DNA from: Phallusia mammillata
Taxonomy: Eukaryota
NCBI GenBank assembly: GCA_965637545.1
Contig: OZ281497.1
Span: 14,384,001 to 14,448,000 of the forward strand
Reading direction: 5' to 3'
Length of the DNA: 64,000 nt
The position numbers were made by a program, and so were the translations under genes. Every line of letters starts with the position of its first letter. Position 1 is the first letter of the stretch. Of the stretch, positions 1 through 43,090 are shown piece by piece. Under the pieces are notes generated by a model. That model worked only from the letters and a program-made list of their open reading frames with translations, ran no database searches and was not told the origin of the DNA.

Positions 1-1
1 G

Positions 2-100
2 CAAACAAATACGAACTGTGAGTGTGATCAACAGAGCGTGGCCTTTGTACCATGGTTTAAAGAGGGACAAAAGTTAAGTGCTGAATGGCTAGCCAACTAG
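2..100 (+). CDS. Possible terminal coding exon of an upstream gene (QTNTNCECDQQSVAFVPWFKEGQKLSAEWLAN*), product unknown
   Basis: Open frame from window edge to TAG at 98-100, then AT-rich UTR-like sequence with AATAAA at 318-323. No family recognised. Confidence 0.25.
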   Translation, partial: QTNTNCECDQQSVAFVPWFKEGQKLSAEWLAN

Positions 101-2022
101 CAAGTGAGATATGAGTCTGATTTTATCTGGAACTGTTTGTTAGTGTTGACTGTTGATGTTTAATTGTAGGCTAGTATCATGTCAGCTATCATTACTTTCT
201 TGGTTGTCAAAAGACTAGTTAAAATAATTACTTTTTAAATACCTATACCATACCAGGGCTAGAGAGTCATGATGGTTAAGTTATAGATTCGTTACATATT
301 GTAGTTAGTAAAACTAAAATAAACAACATACAATTGCGATTGTTTGTCAGGCAAATTAATATTGCCGTTTGTTTGTTTTATAATTTGTATTTTTCACAAG
401 TGTAAATAATTTTAACGGTTTGCTTCAACAAGCTTTCTCTAGGCAAGTAATTGAACATTCCAGTGTTTCTGTGTTAGCTTACAGGGGATATATGTTTGCA
501 CTATATTTAGAGTGAAGCGTTGTCGACCATTCAAGTTGGCCAATAGAACAACACACTCGACATTTCTGGATTTCGTCCATTCGATTTGTTTTGCTCGACA
601 GTAAGGTGTCAGCCACTCATCTGCCAATAAAACTAAAGAAGCAACGCACAAGCCGTTTCCGCAACATTGCCTTCTGCACAACTTTAGCGAATTAGTCCGC
701 ACTTGTTAAAGATCTTAAGCGAGCATGTCAAACCTTTACTTGTCATGTCGTACACCTTGTGTTTTCTGCCCCCGTGTTCGCGTTTTGGTTGCCGGGCAGT
801 GTTGGTCGCCCCTTGTTTGTCGGTTACAAGTGCCCCCTTGACACGTCAACTGCGTGTTCCTCATTCTCGGTGACGTCCGCTGCAATCGCAAGCACCTTTC
901 CTACGTTTTAAGGGCTATTGAGCAATGACCACGCAGCGCCAACTATTTCAAGTGACACTTCGTTTTTTTTATAGTTAATATTTCCGAAGTAATGTGATGG
1001 ATAGAAAAAAATCGTGCAGTTGCCAGGAAATGTGCACAATTCCCCCAAAACGGCAGACAAATATAATGCAAAATAACAAGACTATATTTGCCATCGGATG
1101 GAAAGTAGACTTCATGCTGCGTTTTGCTCTAGTTTCCATGCGAGCAGCTGCCAAAGCGTGTTGATTCGTTTTGTTTCATCGACTTCGACTGGCATTGAAT
1201 CGTGTAGTTTTGATGGTAGTCGCGCGCCGAATTGACGAGTGTCCCAGGGGGGCGCTTGCTTAAAGCGACAGCTTGTATTACTCGTTTAAACCGTTCAGCC
1301 CCTTCGAAACACAAAAATTGCATTACCAACGTAAGAGTCGCGCCCGCAAGACTGTTGCCATTAGTAGCGTTGCGTTAGCTTGCACAGATTGGCATTAAAG
1401 ATCCCGCACCACCGCAGATCGAAAAATCAACAATGCGAATGTTAAAATACTCGTATTATTGTCCATCGCTAATTGGAACGATTATTCAAAGTGCAAGCAC
1501 ATTACATATGCATTGACTGAAAGCTTTTACAGCCCACAAAACACATTGGGAAAAGCAAGTGCATACATTAAAAAAATGTGCATAGTATTACAATTCAATG
1601 TAACTTGTCACTAAATTTCCTACCGAGAAGCCTGCCTCCAACACGCCAATCTTGCTTTTTTCTTCACCGCAGGCGTTTTTCTTCAGGAGGCCTTTAGCAG
1701 AGAGAGTCGAGTCCACACTAAGCGGTCATTCGATGTCAGTCAGTTATCAGTTGACAGTTGTAAGCTTCTGAGCACTCAGCAGGCGTTCGTCAGCAAACCA
1801 GCAGGCTAACCGCAAACTATTTTGCAACGTTGCAGGCAATAACGTGAAAGAAAAGTCGTCGTAATGAAAAACTATAGTTGATTGGTAATTGCAATAAGCC
1901 TACTGCTGTACATTGGATTATCAAGCAAGCACGTCAGAAGAACTACACTGGAAAAGATTTGCAGTGCACGTACAGCTGGCAAAGCCACAAGTGTGGGGGT
2001 TGGCAAGCATTGTTGTGTAACA

Positions 2023-32931
<30,909 letters not shown>

Positions 32932-33960
32932 CAGCGGGCTAACTTCCAGAACTTTCCTTTTCTTCAACGAACGCCGCAAGAGGTTCACGTGACAGACTCG
33001 CAATTGGTCGTTGGCCATCATCTCGTCACTTGTCACGGACACTGAACTTACCTATTACGTCCCACGGTCGTCACAAAATTGCATCGCTTTTTGTTTGTCA
33101 TCGGCGGGTCCGACCAAACCTACAGACGAAATATCATTACCTTTAGAACCATTGGAAAGCTAGGATTAGGCGTATAGCTTGTAGCCGCAGAAAGCCAGAC
33201 TATACGACCAATGTTCACGCTTTCTACAGTGAACATCAATATATTTATAGATACTAAATGAAATTTTTAACGCGTTAGGCTGAATCATGCGGTTGTTGTT
33301 TTTTATTTCAACATTTTTTGTCTTCCATGCTTCAAATATTCTTGGAATTTTTAAACATTTATGTTCTTTAATTGCAAACTAGACCTTATTTTTACAAGAC
33401 GAAATATGTGCCACAGTTTTAAGTTAAATTGTGTCTGTAAGGCAGTTCTCTCATTGCCAGGATTCGCGCAAACCACTTCAGAACCAAAACAACATTCATC
33501 AAAATTTGTTCCCTTTTCATTTGTCACACGTAGCACTTATTTACTTTGCTCTTGTGTCGATCGCGCTACATTTTAGAATTAGCTGCATCCTCGCCATGAC
33601 ACGTCATCAACGACGATGACGTAATACATTAACCCCATTCATATATGACTGCGCATTTTTACGTCGCTTGCAAACTTAGATGAACGATTCTATTTATTTC
33701 TCCCAAAAGTTCTTCTCGCCAAATCCTCCGAATTCAAATGTTGGAAAGCGTTTACTGACTTGACGTTTGCATTGTGTCATACGTGACGTCACAGTTACGA
33801 CATCATGACGAAAGCGACGCGTTTACGTGTTGTGAGCTATTTCACAGTTTGTTGTGTGCTTATTTGGCATTTTTGTCGTCTGTAATTGTCGTCTCTTCTT
33901 ATGCGTCAACATTGTCAACAATAAATACAACGTGTTGTCGATTTTGTTAAGCCGGGGCCT
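32932..33960 (+). terminator. LAR 3'UTR with candidate polyadenylation signal AATAAA (33920-33925)
   Basis: Follows the stop codon; AATAAA followed by GT-rich sequence. Confidence 0.55.
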
Positions 33961-35691
33961 TCGTCAATTATAAGCATAGTTTTTTTAGGGTTTGGTGATG
34001 AAAAGAATGCATTTCAGGTTACATCATTGTTCAACAATTAGGTTTACGCCACTTCATACGATGGTTGTGTAGCAATAGAAATACCGTGTAAACATCTCGT
34101 TGATTGTTTTAACAAGGGGAGATCTCTTCGGCCTATGGAAGGAACATAAATCGCGTCTTATATCTATAGATATACTCGGATTCTGACAAAATCAGTTTCA
34201 GTTCGACAACTACGCTTACTGCCAGGGGAAAACGTCGAAGAAATTTCTGCTTAAACGCAATTGGAATTAAAATCCGTACTTTTTTACAACTGTTGCTGGT
34301 AAAGTCTCGATTGCGTTACCTGAATAAGTGCAAAAGTCACAAATCATACGTCAAGCCGTGCTTCAGTGCACCCCATCAAAGGGAAGTGGTGACATCATAC
34401 TTTAGGCTGTGTGGTAAGGGCATTTACAAAAAGAAACAATTGGTACACCCCCAATATACACCCAAGGGGTCTACTAACAAGCCACAAATATGTCTTCTGT
34501 TGTTGTTAATTGTTCGTTTTTTTCTAACAGTGTCATATTTTTACTCTCATGGCGTTACATTGACTGCAGTCAAACCTTTTTCGCTTTGAAAAAAACGTAA
34601 AGACTTATACAGATTAGGCGCCTAAAGTGCAAACGAAGGTTTGGTTTAACAGTACTACAATTCTCCATGGAGTTGAGGAGTCACAGATGGCTTGGGTTGC
34701 CTTCTGACACCTGTTTTTGGTCAACTCCTTTGTCTTTCACTGTTATCCATGTACCGACTGTGGTGGTTGTGGTGAACCCTAAAATCCCCCCTTTTACCTA
34801 CTGAAAGACCGTCTGCTCGAGCTGTTGACGGCGATGGTTGAGCAAAATTGTTTATCACGTTCGTGAAATATGTTGCTCGTCAACAAAAGGTTGAATGTTT
34901 CGAATCAACAAAAGGTTCAAGTAACAAATCAATGACGTCAAATGGAAAAATAATCAGTCTGGGTTTCAAACAACTCATTTCTCCTGAATTTTGCGTAAGA
35001 GTTTTACCCACAATTTGTAGTCACAATAGTTAGAAGGTTAAGTTGTTGTGTTTCTCTTAACAAGAGTCGTGGTTCCTAAAAAGTTTTTTCAACTGTCAGA
35101 CAAATATTTTTTTCAAAACAACTTGTGAATCATCCAATAAAACGTTCCCCAAATATTTGCTGTCAAGCGACTAACCACAATAAAAAACGTGAAAGTTCAA
35201 TTTTTTTCAACTTATTAACAAAACAATCTGAAATTGCGTTCTTTTACAGTTAAACACTTTGCAAATAAATGTTCTTTTTGTTCGTCTGGAAAAACAAAAT
35301 TGTAGGCATTCATCATGCATTTTTGTTTAAACTTTAAATTGATTACATTTTAGATTTTACCGCTTGTAGACTAAACGTTGCTGTAATTTTAATGCACGAA
35401 GTTTAACATTATTACATTTTTTAAAAGTAAGTAATTTATTTGATCCTACTTCAGCGACACTACAAATTTTGCTGTTTTTATAGAGTAACACTAATTCTGT
35501 ATGGAACTTGTAGTTTTTAATTTATTTGGTATACTATATATCACACCAGACAAAACAGTAAATATGCAAAGATTTTGGTGTCGTGTGAATTTTGCCTGCC
35601 AAATTTAAAGTTGAACATATCGCCTACGTATAACTCACCATCGGTCAGTGGCGGATTTAAGAGAGGACGAAGGGGGCGATTGCCCTATAGA

Positions 35692-36062
35692 CAGGGTTGC
35701 CATCGACATGGACCCAAAAATAAGGACAAACAAAAAACTAAATTTTCATATGAAACTAAACAAACGTTTTGCAACCAATCTTTGCCTATATACGAGCCAT
35801 GATATATGAATCTATTCGAAAGAATCTATTGCAGGAACTCCTTGTTTGTAGAAAATACTTTGTGTATCTCATTACAGCTCAGGTCTAGGTTTACTTCTAA
35901 TTGTAGCAGGAATTTGACTGGTAATTGTTGAAAATAAGACAAAATAAGGACTCAAGTCAAAACTAAGGACATTTCTTAGAAATAAGGACAATACATTTTT
36001 CCAAGACATGGCCCTTCAAAATAAGGACAAATCTTAGAAATAAGGACGGTATGGCAACCCTG
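35692..36062. mobile_element. hAT-type MITE (371 bp)
   Basis: TIR CAGGGTTGCCA / TGGCAACCCTG; exact 8-bp TSD CCTATAGA (35684-35691, 36063-36070); multiple subterminal AATAAGGAC motifs. Confidence 0.9.
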
Positions 36063-36236
36063 CCTATAGATTATAATTTGGTGCTGGAAAAATGTTTAAA
36101 CGTCCAAAACAGGGATAAGTTTGGTTGCATTCATTCCATCAGTGTGTTGTTTTATCTCGGACTTATCTTCTTTCATCGTAATAATGACGTTATTATGTCG
36201 CCCCGGCATGTCTTCGTTTGCCTGCTTTAACTAGAC

Positions 36237-36391
36237 CAGCGTTTCTCAAACTTTTTTAATTTTTTGTTGTAATGGTCCCTTCGCAATTTTTTCGAGCACT
36301 CGCGGTCCAAGCTAAATATATTCATAAATTTAAAGTGCCTTGGCAAAATAAAACTGTCCAGTTACCAAACTGAAGGTTAATTTAAACATTA
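36237..36391. mobile_element. Truncated Charlie/Buster-like hAT end
   Basis: CAGCGTTTCTCAAACTTTT resembles a Charlie-type TIR; partner TIR not found. Confidence 0.4.
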
Positions 36392-36636
36392 GCCTATAGC
36401 AGTGGTTCTTAACCGCGGGGGCACGCCCCCCCAGGGGGCGTGCGTCATTTTCAGGGGGGGCGCGAGCTCTTACCTCTTCTACTTTATTTTAAAATGTCCC
36501 TTTTAGCCTTCTGTGTGGTTGTTCTACCATGCTGTCTCAGTCAACCGCTTAATGTATGATGTCATAATGCAGTATACGTAACAAACGTGTTTACTTCAAT
36601 TTCTATAGTTGGCAGTTGGCAGCAGTTATGCTAAAA

Positions 36637-39243
36637 CAGTGTTTCCCAACCTTTTTTGTACTAACGCCCACTTGCGCTTTCGATTTTTTTACAACGCCCC
36701 CCAGGTCTAACAATCATTGCCGATTTTTTTGAAAGCCAACGTAGAGTTTAATGTCATTTTGTCATTATCTCATTAATTAAAAAAAAAAAATGTTGATGTA
36801 AGCAATGTTTTTTAATGCAAAAAGAAAGCATTGCGACACAATCGTTTCTCAGCAAGAAATGCCAAACACCGTATTAACAAAAATGTACAGGAACAAAAAC
36901 AGAGGCATGGGTGAAGAAAACATTTTTTCTGTGATGCTGTGCTTAAATGCACACTTCGCTGCATTTTAAAGCAAATATATGTAATGAGATTGCTGAATTT
37001 GGTGTTTAGCGGCCAAGTCTTTTACTCTCGGTTCGATATTGCTAAGAAGGATTCTCAAATCTCCTCTTTTAGTGATTTGCAAGCGGTTTCGTTGCTTTGT
37101 TAAAAGCTGAGTAACTGCACTAAAACCGCGCTCAGCCATATATGAAGTTGGGAAAGCTAGAAAGTAAAGTTTAATTTCTTTCCACAACTCGGGATACCTT
37201 TCGGGAATTTCTTTCTGCAACCGAAAATGTTGGTATGATTTTTTGTAAAGAGGCTATAGCTCGAAGTAGTTTTTTAGACCAATTAACTCTTCTTGCATGT
37301 CGAAATCGGTTTCATTCACACTGGTGTCTGCAAATGGATTTAGAAACCAGTCTGATATGTTCATGTTGGTTAGATCTTTGAATCTGCAGCTCATATCCTT
37401 GTGCAAAGATTCCAAATGATCACAATAAATCAAAAGGTTGTCTTCCAGGTTAGAGTTAACAGATTCATTTTTTTCTAGTTCATTTAGTTTGGGAAATTGG
37501 GACAGATTCCGACGGCCAATATTGTTCTTGAAGAAGATTAGCTTGTCTAAAAATGTACAAATCTTGGATTTAGCTTGGATAAGGTTTAAGTCACTGCCTT
37601 GCAGTTGCAAATTAAGATCGTTGAATGTGGTATATAGATCTACTAAATCGGCGATCTCTGGTTTGTTTGCTAAAAGATAGTCACTCAAAAACTGTATTTG
37701 TTTTTCTGGAGAAATTGTACAATACTGTTGAACAGAGAATAAAATCGTTTTAAACAGTTTCCTTTGGATAACCACCTCACTTCGGTATGCAGAAGAAGGC
37801 GATCAAATTCTTCATCGTTGGTGTTACAGAGTTGTCGAAACAGTCGGTAGTTCAAAGGTTGACACTTTATTTTGTTTACTGTCTTAATAACAACGTCAAG
37901 GGTTTTATGAAGTTGATCGCTTACGTTCCTGGCTACTAGATGTTGCCGATGAATAACGCAATGTATTGTAAAAATACTGGGTACAGCTTTCTTCAAAAAA
38001 GCAAGATAACCTTTGTGGCGACCAGTTAAAGCAGGAGCGCTGTCTGTCGCGCAAGCAATAATATTGCTCATTGGAATATCTTTTTCTTTAAAAAACAGCT
38101 CAACTGCAGTAAAAATAGTTTCACCTCGAGTGTCAGTTTCAATTTCTTTTGCAAACAGCGGTTCTTGTACAACATTTCCATCTTTAATGAAACGAGCGTA
38201 TCCTAAAAGCAAGGCTTCATTTCCTGGCAGCGTAGATTCATCGAGTTGCAAACCAAATTGTTGGCTTTTCAGTAAATCACATAAAATATCTTCCATATCG
38301 GCGGCCATTTCATCAACCCTTTGTTGTACTGAATTATTACTCAAAGGAATTGATTTTATACTTGCAATTGGTGTATCATGGTGTACTACTGTACGTAGCA
38401 CTTCTTCTAAAGCCGGCAAAATCAGCTGTTCACCAATCGTATGAGGCTTTCCTGACTTAGCAATCATTTTGGAGATATTACATGAACAAATAAGTCCATT
38501 GTCGTTTTTTTTTTGTATTTTTTGGACATTAGAGAGGATATTGGGGGTCTGTTGCGAAACTTATCTCGCAACATTTGAAAATATGTCAAATTTTGTTTTT
38601 CTTTGTCAGGATGCATCTTCTTGAAGTGTTCGTAAAGTCTTGACGGTTTCATTGCCTCATTTGAAAACACTTTCTCACAACGAAGGCACATAGGTTGCTG
38701 TTTATTACTTGGCGAAGTAATAAATCCATACTTTAGATATTCAACACTATACTGTTTGCACTTTCGTTTTGATGAGCTATCACTCATTTTTTCCAGCACT
38801 AATCTGTAATCTAATATAAACTCTGTAAAGACGCCAAGTTTAGTAAAACGTTACAAAATAACTAAATTGTTTCAGGTTGAAGGTTTAATTGTACCTACTA
38901 CCTACATTAACTCTCATTCTGCTTCCCAGTTACTGCATAACCGTACCAACTTTGACTAAAATAATACATTATTACGCAAAAATCGTTTAATGACATAATA
39001 TACGCAACGATTGTTCACTATAGTTGATATGTTGGCTAGTGTTTTTGCATGAACAGTACACAGAATTGTATTTTAGTGTAATCTACACAGTACAGCTTTC
39101 ATGATTTTTTTAGGACTTTATATTATAAATAACGCCCCCTTCGATCGCTCGGCGCCCCCCAAATCAGAAAAGAAATCACAACGCCCCCTTGCTACTCACC
39201 ACCGCCCACCAGGGGGCGGTATCGCCCACGTTGGGAATCACTG
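36637..39243 (-). mobile_element. hAT Buster/Charlie transposon (nested, 2607 bp, opposite orientation)
   Basis: TIR CAGTGTTTCCCAAC / GTTGGGAATCACTG; exact TSD TGCTAAAA (36629-36636, 39244-39251). Confidence 0.93.
36966..38787 (-). pseudogene. Buster-family (ZBED5/ZBED8/SCAND3-like) hAT transposase, full length but with ~3 frameshifts
   Basis: BED finger CLRC..HFKKMH; QLDEST, CATDSAP, CVIHRQHL, HTEVRWLS, FPTSYMAERGFS spread over four frames (38464-38799, 37685-38467, 37254-37775, 36966-37220). Confidence 0.9.
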
Positions 39244-39424
39244 TGCTAAAATCATTCAGTGAAAAAACAACAATTTAATGCATTTTCGTGGAAGTGGCAG
39301 TGTAGTGTATGTAAGGCGATCGAGAGCAGGCTCATTCTTGAGAATTAGGTTAACTTTTTCTTATGTTACAGTTCCAACATAGCTAAAAATTAACTTGCAA
39401 ATCAGAAAGCATAACATAGTTAAA

Positions 39425-40854
39425 ATGGCAGCGAAAAAAAGAAAGTATGTAGACGACTACATTCAATTTGGTTTTGTACCGATGCAAAAAGGTGACACAG
39501 AAGTCCCACAGTGTTCAATTTGTTACAAGACGTTTAGCAATGATGCAATGCGCCCCTCGCGCTTAAAACGACATTTGTCAACAGCACATCCTACCTTAGT
39601 CAACAAACCTAAAGCATTCTTTGAAATGAAAAGCCGCTCATTGGAGAAGGTTAAGTTGGACATGGGTGGGACGTTTCAGCAAAGATCTTCGAATGTTATT
39701 AGGGCATCTTACGAGATTGCCATGTTGGTTGCAAAGAATAAGAAGAGCCATAGCATTGGGGAGTCTCTTTTAAAACCTAGCATGCTCGTGGCAGCAGAAC
39801 CAGTACTGGGCAAGGATAAAGCAGATGCACTTTCTCAAATTTCACTATCAAATGACACCATCAAGGGGAGAATCGATGAAATGTCCCAGGATATCAAAGA
39901 TCAACTCCTTGTAAAAATAAAAGAGTCTCCTTTCTTTGCTATACAATGTGATGAAACCACAGATATTGGAAACTGTGCTCAGCTTCTGATGTATGCTCGT
40001 TTCATGTCAGGTAACACGATAAATGAGGAAATGCTATTCTGCCACTCATTAAAAAGTCGTGCAACATCGGCAGATATTTTTAATGTTGTGTCAAACTTTT
40101 TTGAGGATAACCAACTATCGTGGAAATCACTGGTAGGAGCGTGTACGGATGGAGCTCCAGCCATGCTTGGTCTGCGATCTGGCTTTATGACATATTTCAT
40201 TCGTTAAGTGGACATATTTCATTCGTTAAATGCCCTTAACCTTCAACTTCAAGGAAAAAATATCAATATCATTATGCATCATGACATCATTCGGTCTTTT
40301 ATGTCCAACTTGACCTTTGGAAGCATCGAATTGAAGAAGGAAATCCAGCTGGCTTTAGTACCCTTGATTCTGCTCTCACAAATGGGAACTTTGGGTGTGA
40401 TTTGAAGATACAAATAAAAACTCACCTAAAAGACCTAAAAGCGGAATTTATTAAATATTTTCCGGATATAGACGAGAAACGAGAATCCTGGAAGTTTGTA
40501 AGAAGCCCATTTCAGTGCGAAGTGGCAGATATTTTTGCCGATGCACAAGAGGAGTTTCTCGAGTTAAAATTCGATTCCACAGCCAAGGACAACTTCAAAG
40601 AGTTGGACCTTGAGGCGTTCTGGGCCAAATACCTCCCTGTTTACCCTCGCATTTCAACTCAGACCCTGCGTGTTCTAGTTATGTTTGGATCGACATATTT
40701 ATGTGAAGCTGCATTTTCTGCACTGGTTGCCATCAAGTCAAAGTACACAAACAAGCTGGAAGTTGAAGGCGACACTGTCGGGTATAAAACCTCGCATTTA
40801 CAAGTTAGTTGCCATCAAACAGTGTCAAGTGTCCCACTGATTCGTGAGCAATAA
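39425..40854 (+). pseudogene. Buster-family hAT transposase, internally deleted and frameshifted
   Basis: MAAKKRKY..CSIC..HLSTAH, CDETTD, CTDGAPAM, then a jump to VDIFHSLN.LNLQLQG (CxxH and RW motifs missing), later FGSTYLCEAAFS. Confidence 0.9.
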
Positions 40855-42430
40855 ATGAAATGCAATTTCAACACTGTTATTATTATTGATTTGTCAGTGT
40901 AAAGGAGGGGGGCGTGAAGTGGTCAGCCATCCCTCAAGGGGGGCGCCGCACCAAAAAGGTTAAGAACCGCTGGCCTATAGGCTGTGGTTGTTTTATTCTT
41001 GTAGTTTAAGCTCGTGGGGGTGATAAGTTAAGGATGTTAAGTTCCAACTGAACTTTGGATGTCAACATTTTAAATATTACTAAGCAATTCCAACAAGTTT
41101 GAGCCTCAAAGCTTCAAATATATTAATCTATTGTCAGGGATTTTTGCGCTAGGCTAAACCTTAGAACCTTTGCTTGCCCATATTTCTCCTCAACCAGATT
41201 CGAGCACGTTGTTCTGTATATGTCACATAAACTTCCACTTAACATGGCAGATGCATAGAATGTAGGCAATAAGTTTACTTGTTGTTTTGTACGGTTTCGA
41301 CAAAACACTTCCTAGATTGACGTATAAAATCAAAGGAGACTTTGAGGACCTGAAAAGGGACTTGGTGGGCTGCTCACCGCCCACGGACCGTACTTTAAAG
41401 AACCCACTACTGCACAAACATAGGGATACTATTACGTTGATTGAACATGAAATCCCCAAATTTGATTTCGTAGTGTAACAATCTATTTCCCTTCCCGGTC
41501 ATTGAAGTGTGCGTAAATCAAAATCGCCCCCCTAGGAAGAATTTCTGCATCCGCCCTAGACATGCAAATTCTAGCCCTTTGGCATTTAGAAATCAGTACA
41601 CTATGTATGTATTTCCACAAAACGTGACTATGTGACGATGAGGTAGCAGGTATTATGTAAAATTTCCACTGCCTGAAATTACGAAGCTAAAACTATCGTG
41701 ACATCAGGCAAAATGTCCACAAAGGTTGAAGCACCTATCCCAACCAAATTTGCGTTTGTTTAATTTCAGTGACCGATTACAAAAATGCGTTTCTTGCGGT
41801 CGTGAGGAAAACGCATGACGTGAAAACGATCATACATTATGTCATGTTACACAGTGACGTTTGGACAATTCGCAACTACTAGACTACATCTGAACAAATC
41901 GTGATGTGTGATGAATGTTATGTCAAGAATTGTGTATTGTGGTCATACTTCCGCCTCCTAAATATTCAGGCCCAGGAAACGGGCCTAATATAATACCGAA
42001 GTTTGACAAATTGCATTACTATCACAAAAAATACAAACCCCTTCCTTTACTCCACCTTTTTAAAATTCAAAGAAATCTTTTATTGCTGATTCAAGAGATC
42101 GCCCATCAACGTGCTTGTCATCGTTTGACAGGTTACGTCAGGGAGCTGCTATCAAAATATGTACCTTTTAAATCCTACAAATTGACTTGTAAAAACCTTA
42201 ATAATTAAAGCCAACCTAAAAATGTTTGTTCGTTTTAAATTAATCGATAAAACAAAACACGCCAAAAACTCTCCGCCACCACTGATTCGTTATAATGCTA
42301 ATCGCCACCAAAAATAGCAGCTCAGAGACCTAAAAAGTGCAGAAAATGTTCTGTCGCATTTTAGTTAAAATGGTAATTACAAACACTCCAACCTTACCAT
42401 TGTTTTAACCGGAAACGAGGGGTTATAGGA

Positions 42431-42645
42431 TAGTGGTCGGCAACTGCCGGTCCGCGAAGAGTTCGTTACCGGGCCGTATAATGTTTGAGGCTAAATGCTA
42501 TGAAACAATTTGCCCATGTATCCCGGGGATGATAACCTAATTAATGCGTTTTTATTGCTAAATATTTGTATTTTTTGAAAGACCGGTCCGCGAAAATTTT
42601 ACTTTCAAAAACGGCCCGCTGTGCAAAAAGGGTTGCCGACCACTG
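42431..42645. mobile_element. hAT/Buster-type MITE (215 bp), left copy only
   Basis: TIR TAGTGGTCGGCAAC / GTTGCCGACCACTG; imperfect TSD GTT(A)TAGGA / GTTTAGGA; empty site GTTTATGA at ~54796 in the right copy. Confidence 0.8.
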
Positions 42646-43090
42646 GTTTAGGACATGTTTTAGGGATAGGTGCGCAAAATGTATATTCCGAAACAGAAAA
42701 ATACGTCATTTTTTAAAGTTGAGTTAGCCATTTTTTGACTGTGACGTTATTGCATACGAATTGTTATGCCCGCTTAGCAACATCACTACTTCATTTGCCC
42801 AACACATACAAAAAAGTTCCCCACCTCAGCAATAAGTGTAATAACGAGCCGCTGTTTAGAATCAGCAGCCCATGATGCACTGAAACTACTACAAGTCTGT
42901 TGTTAATATAAGACCAAAATCATTTTGCTTTATGTTTCAACTGATGCGTATCCGACAGGATAAACCTCCTAAGTTGCCTTCTTTTTCTTCCCATCCGGCT
43001 TTGGGCTTATAAGTCTCCAACTCCCACGAACATTTGTAGTAAGTCGTGATCTAGTTGTGGAGAGGGATTGAGGAAACACGGAATTCGACA

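Larger units (their letters stand above)
36400..40972 (+). mobile_element. hAT Buster/Charlie transposon (outer), internally deleted, ~1.96 kb without the nested element
   Basis: TIR CAGTGGTTCTTAACC / GGTTAAGAACCGCTG; exact TSD GCCTATAG (36392-36399, 40973-40980). Confidence 0.93.
35646..41558. mobile_element. Possible old host DNA transposon with degenerate ends (CAGTGGCGGATT..GGGGGCGATT / AATCGCCCCC..ATCCGCCC) enclosing the hAT nest
   Basis: Imperfect terminal inverted similarity only; no matching TSD found. Confidence 0.3.

Noticed and set aside
439-702. 87-aa minus-strand ORF as a divergent gene
   Set aside because: GTG start, no recognisable domain or supporting splice structure.
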